This document shows, in pieces, positions 63,734 to 64,000 of a stretch of 64,000 bases of DNA. This DNA is from Octopus vulgaris (taxonomy: Eukaryota). The position numbers and the translations under genes are program-made. How positions within the stretch are numbered: position 1 is the stretch's first letter; each line of letters starts with the position of its first letter. The stretch is from positions 92,132,001 to 92,196,000 of the forward strand of contig OX597824.1 in assembly GCA_951406725.2 (NCBI GenBank). Direction: 5' to 3'. Under the pieces are notes generated by a model. It was not told where the DNA came from. It did not search any database and saw only the letters and a list, made by a program, of their open reading frames with translations.

Positions 63734-64000
63734 TAAACCAACTACGCATTCACGTGTTTTACCTTACCACAAATGGCGCTACAATTTCAGGGTTTTTTTT
63801 ACTATGAAGTAAAAGCATAGCTGATTTAAAAGCTGATAGCATAGTAAAAGCTGATGTGGCATGCGATATGTGACCAGCTCCGGATCTGTTTGTTAGATTC
63901 ATGTCCTGAGAAGCCGTGATGAAGTAAATTTTCGTGATACACCATTGTTTGAACGGAGAGGGACTCATTAAGACGAGTGGTATACGGCAAATGGCGCAAG

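Overview
AT-rich, microsatellite-saturated animal non-coding DNA, most likely octopus (coleoid cephalopod), inferred from three abundant tRNA-derived SINE families and very dense (TA)n/(TACA)n/(AAT)n tracts. I find no intact host gene; almost all listed ORFs are translated microsatellites. The real protein homologies are decayed mobile elements: a DD41D (rosa-type) Tc1/mariner transposase plus a second 3' end, a mariner HTH fragment, an R4/Dong-type restriction-like endonuclease C-terminus, CR1/L2-like LINE 3' ends and a Penelope-like GIY-YIG domain. A non-autonomous Helentron (HINE) is also present. The main signal is a set of hammerhead ribozymes (HHRs). (i) An apparently intact type I HHR at 29500-29544 caps a 134-nt rod-like hairpin. 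(ii) A ~314-nt repeat (9838-10147; 12237-12640, with an inverted piece at 12127-12233) carries one HHR per unit with a U3-A8 variant core and is a distant homologue of the 29.5-kb element. (iii) A separate family of minimal Penelope-type HHR elements lies beside microsatellites (1.8, 17.4, 19.8, 36.4 kb). Together these suggest a cephalopod non-LTR retrozyme system (ribozyme-bearing ~300-nt RNAs, possibly circular, possibly mobilised by Penelope-like elements). Motifs and base pairing were read by eye; activity, expression and novelty are untested.
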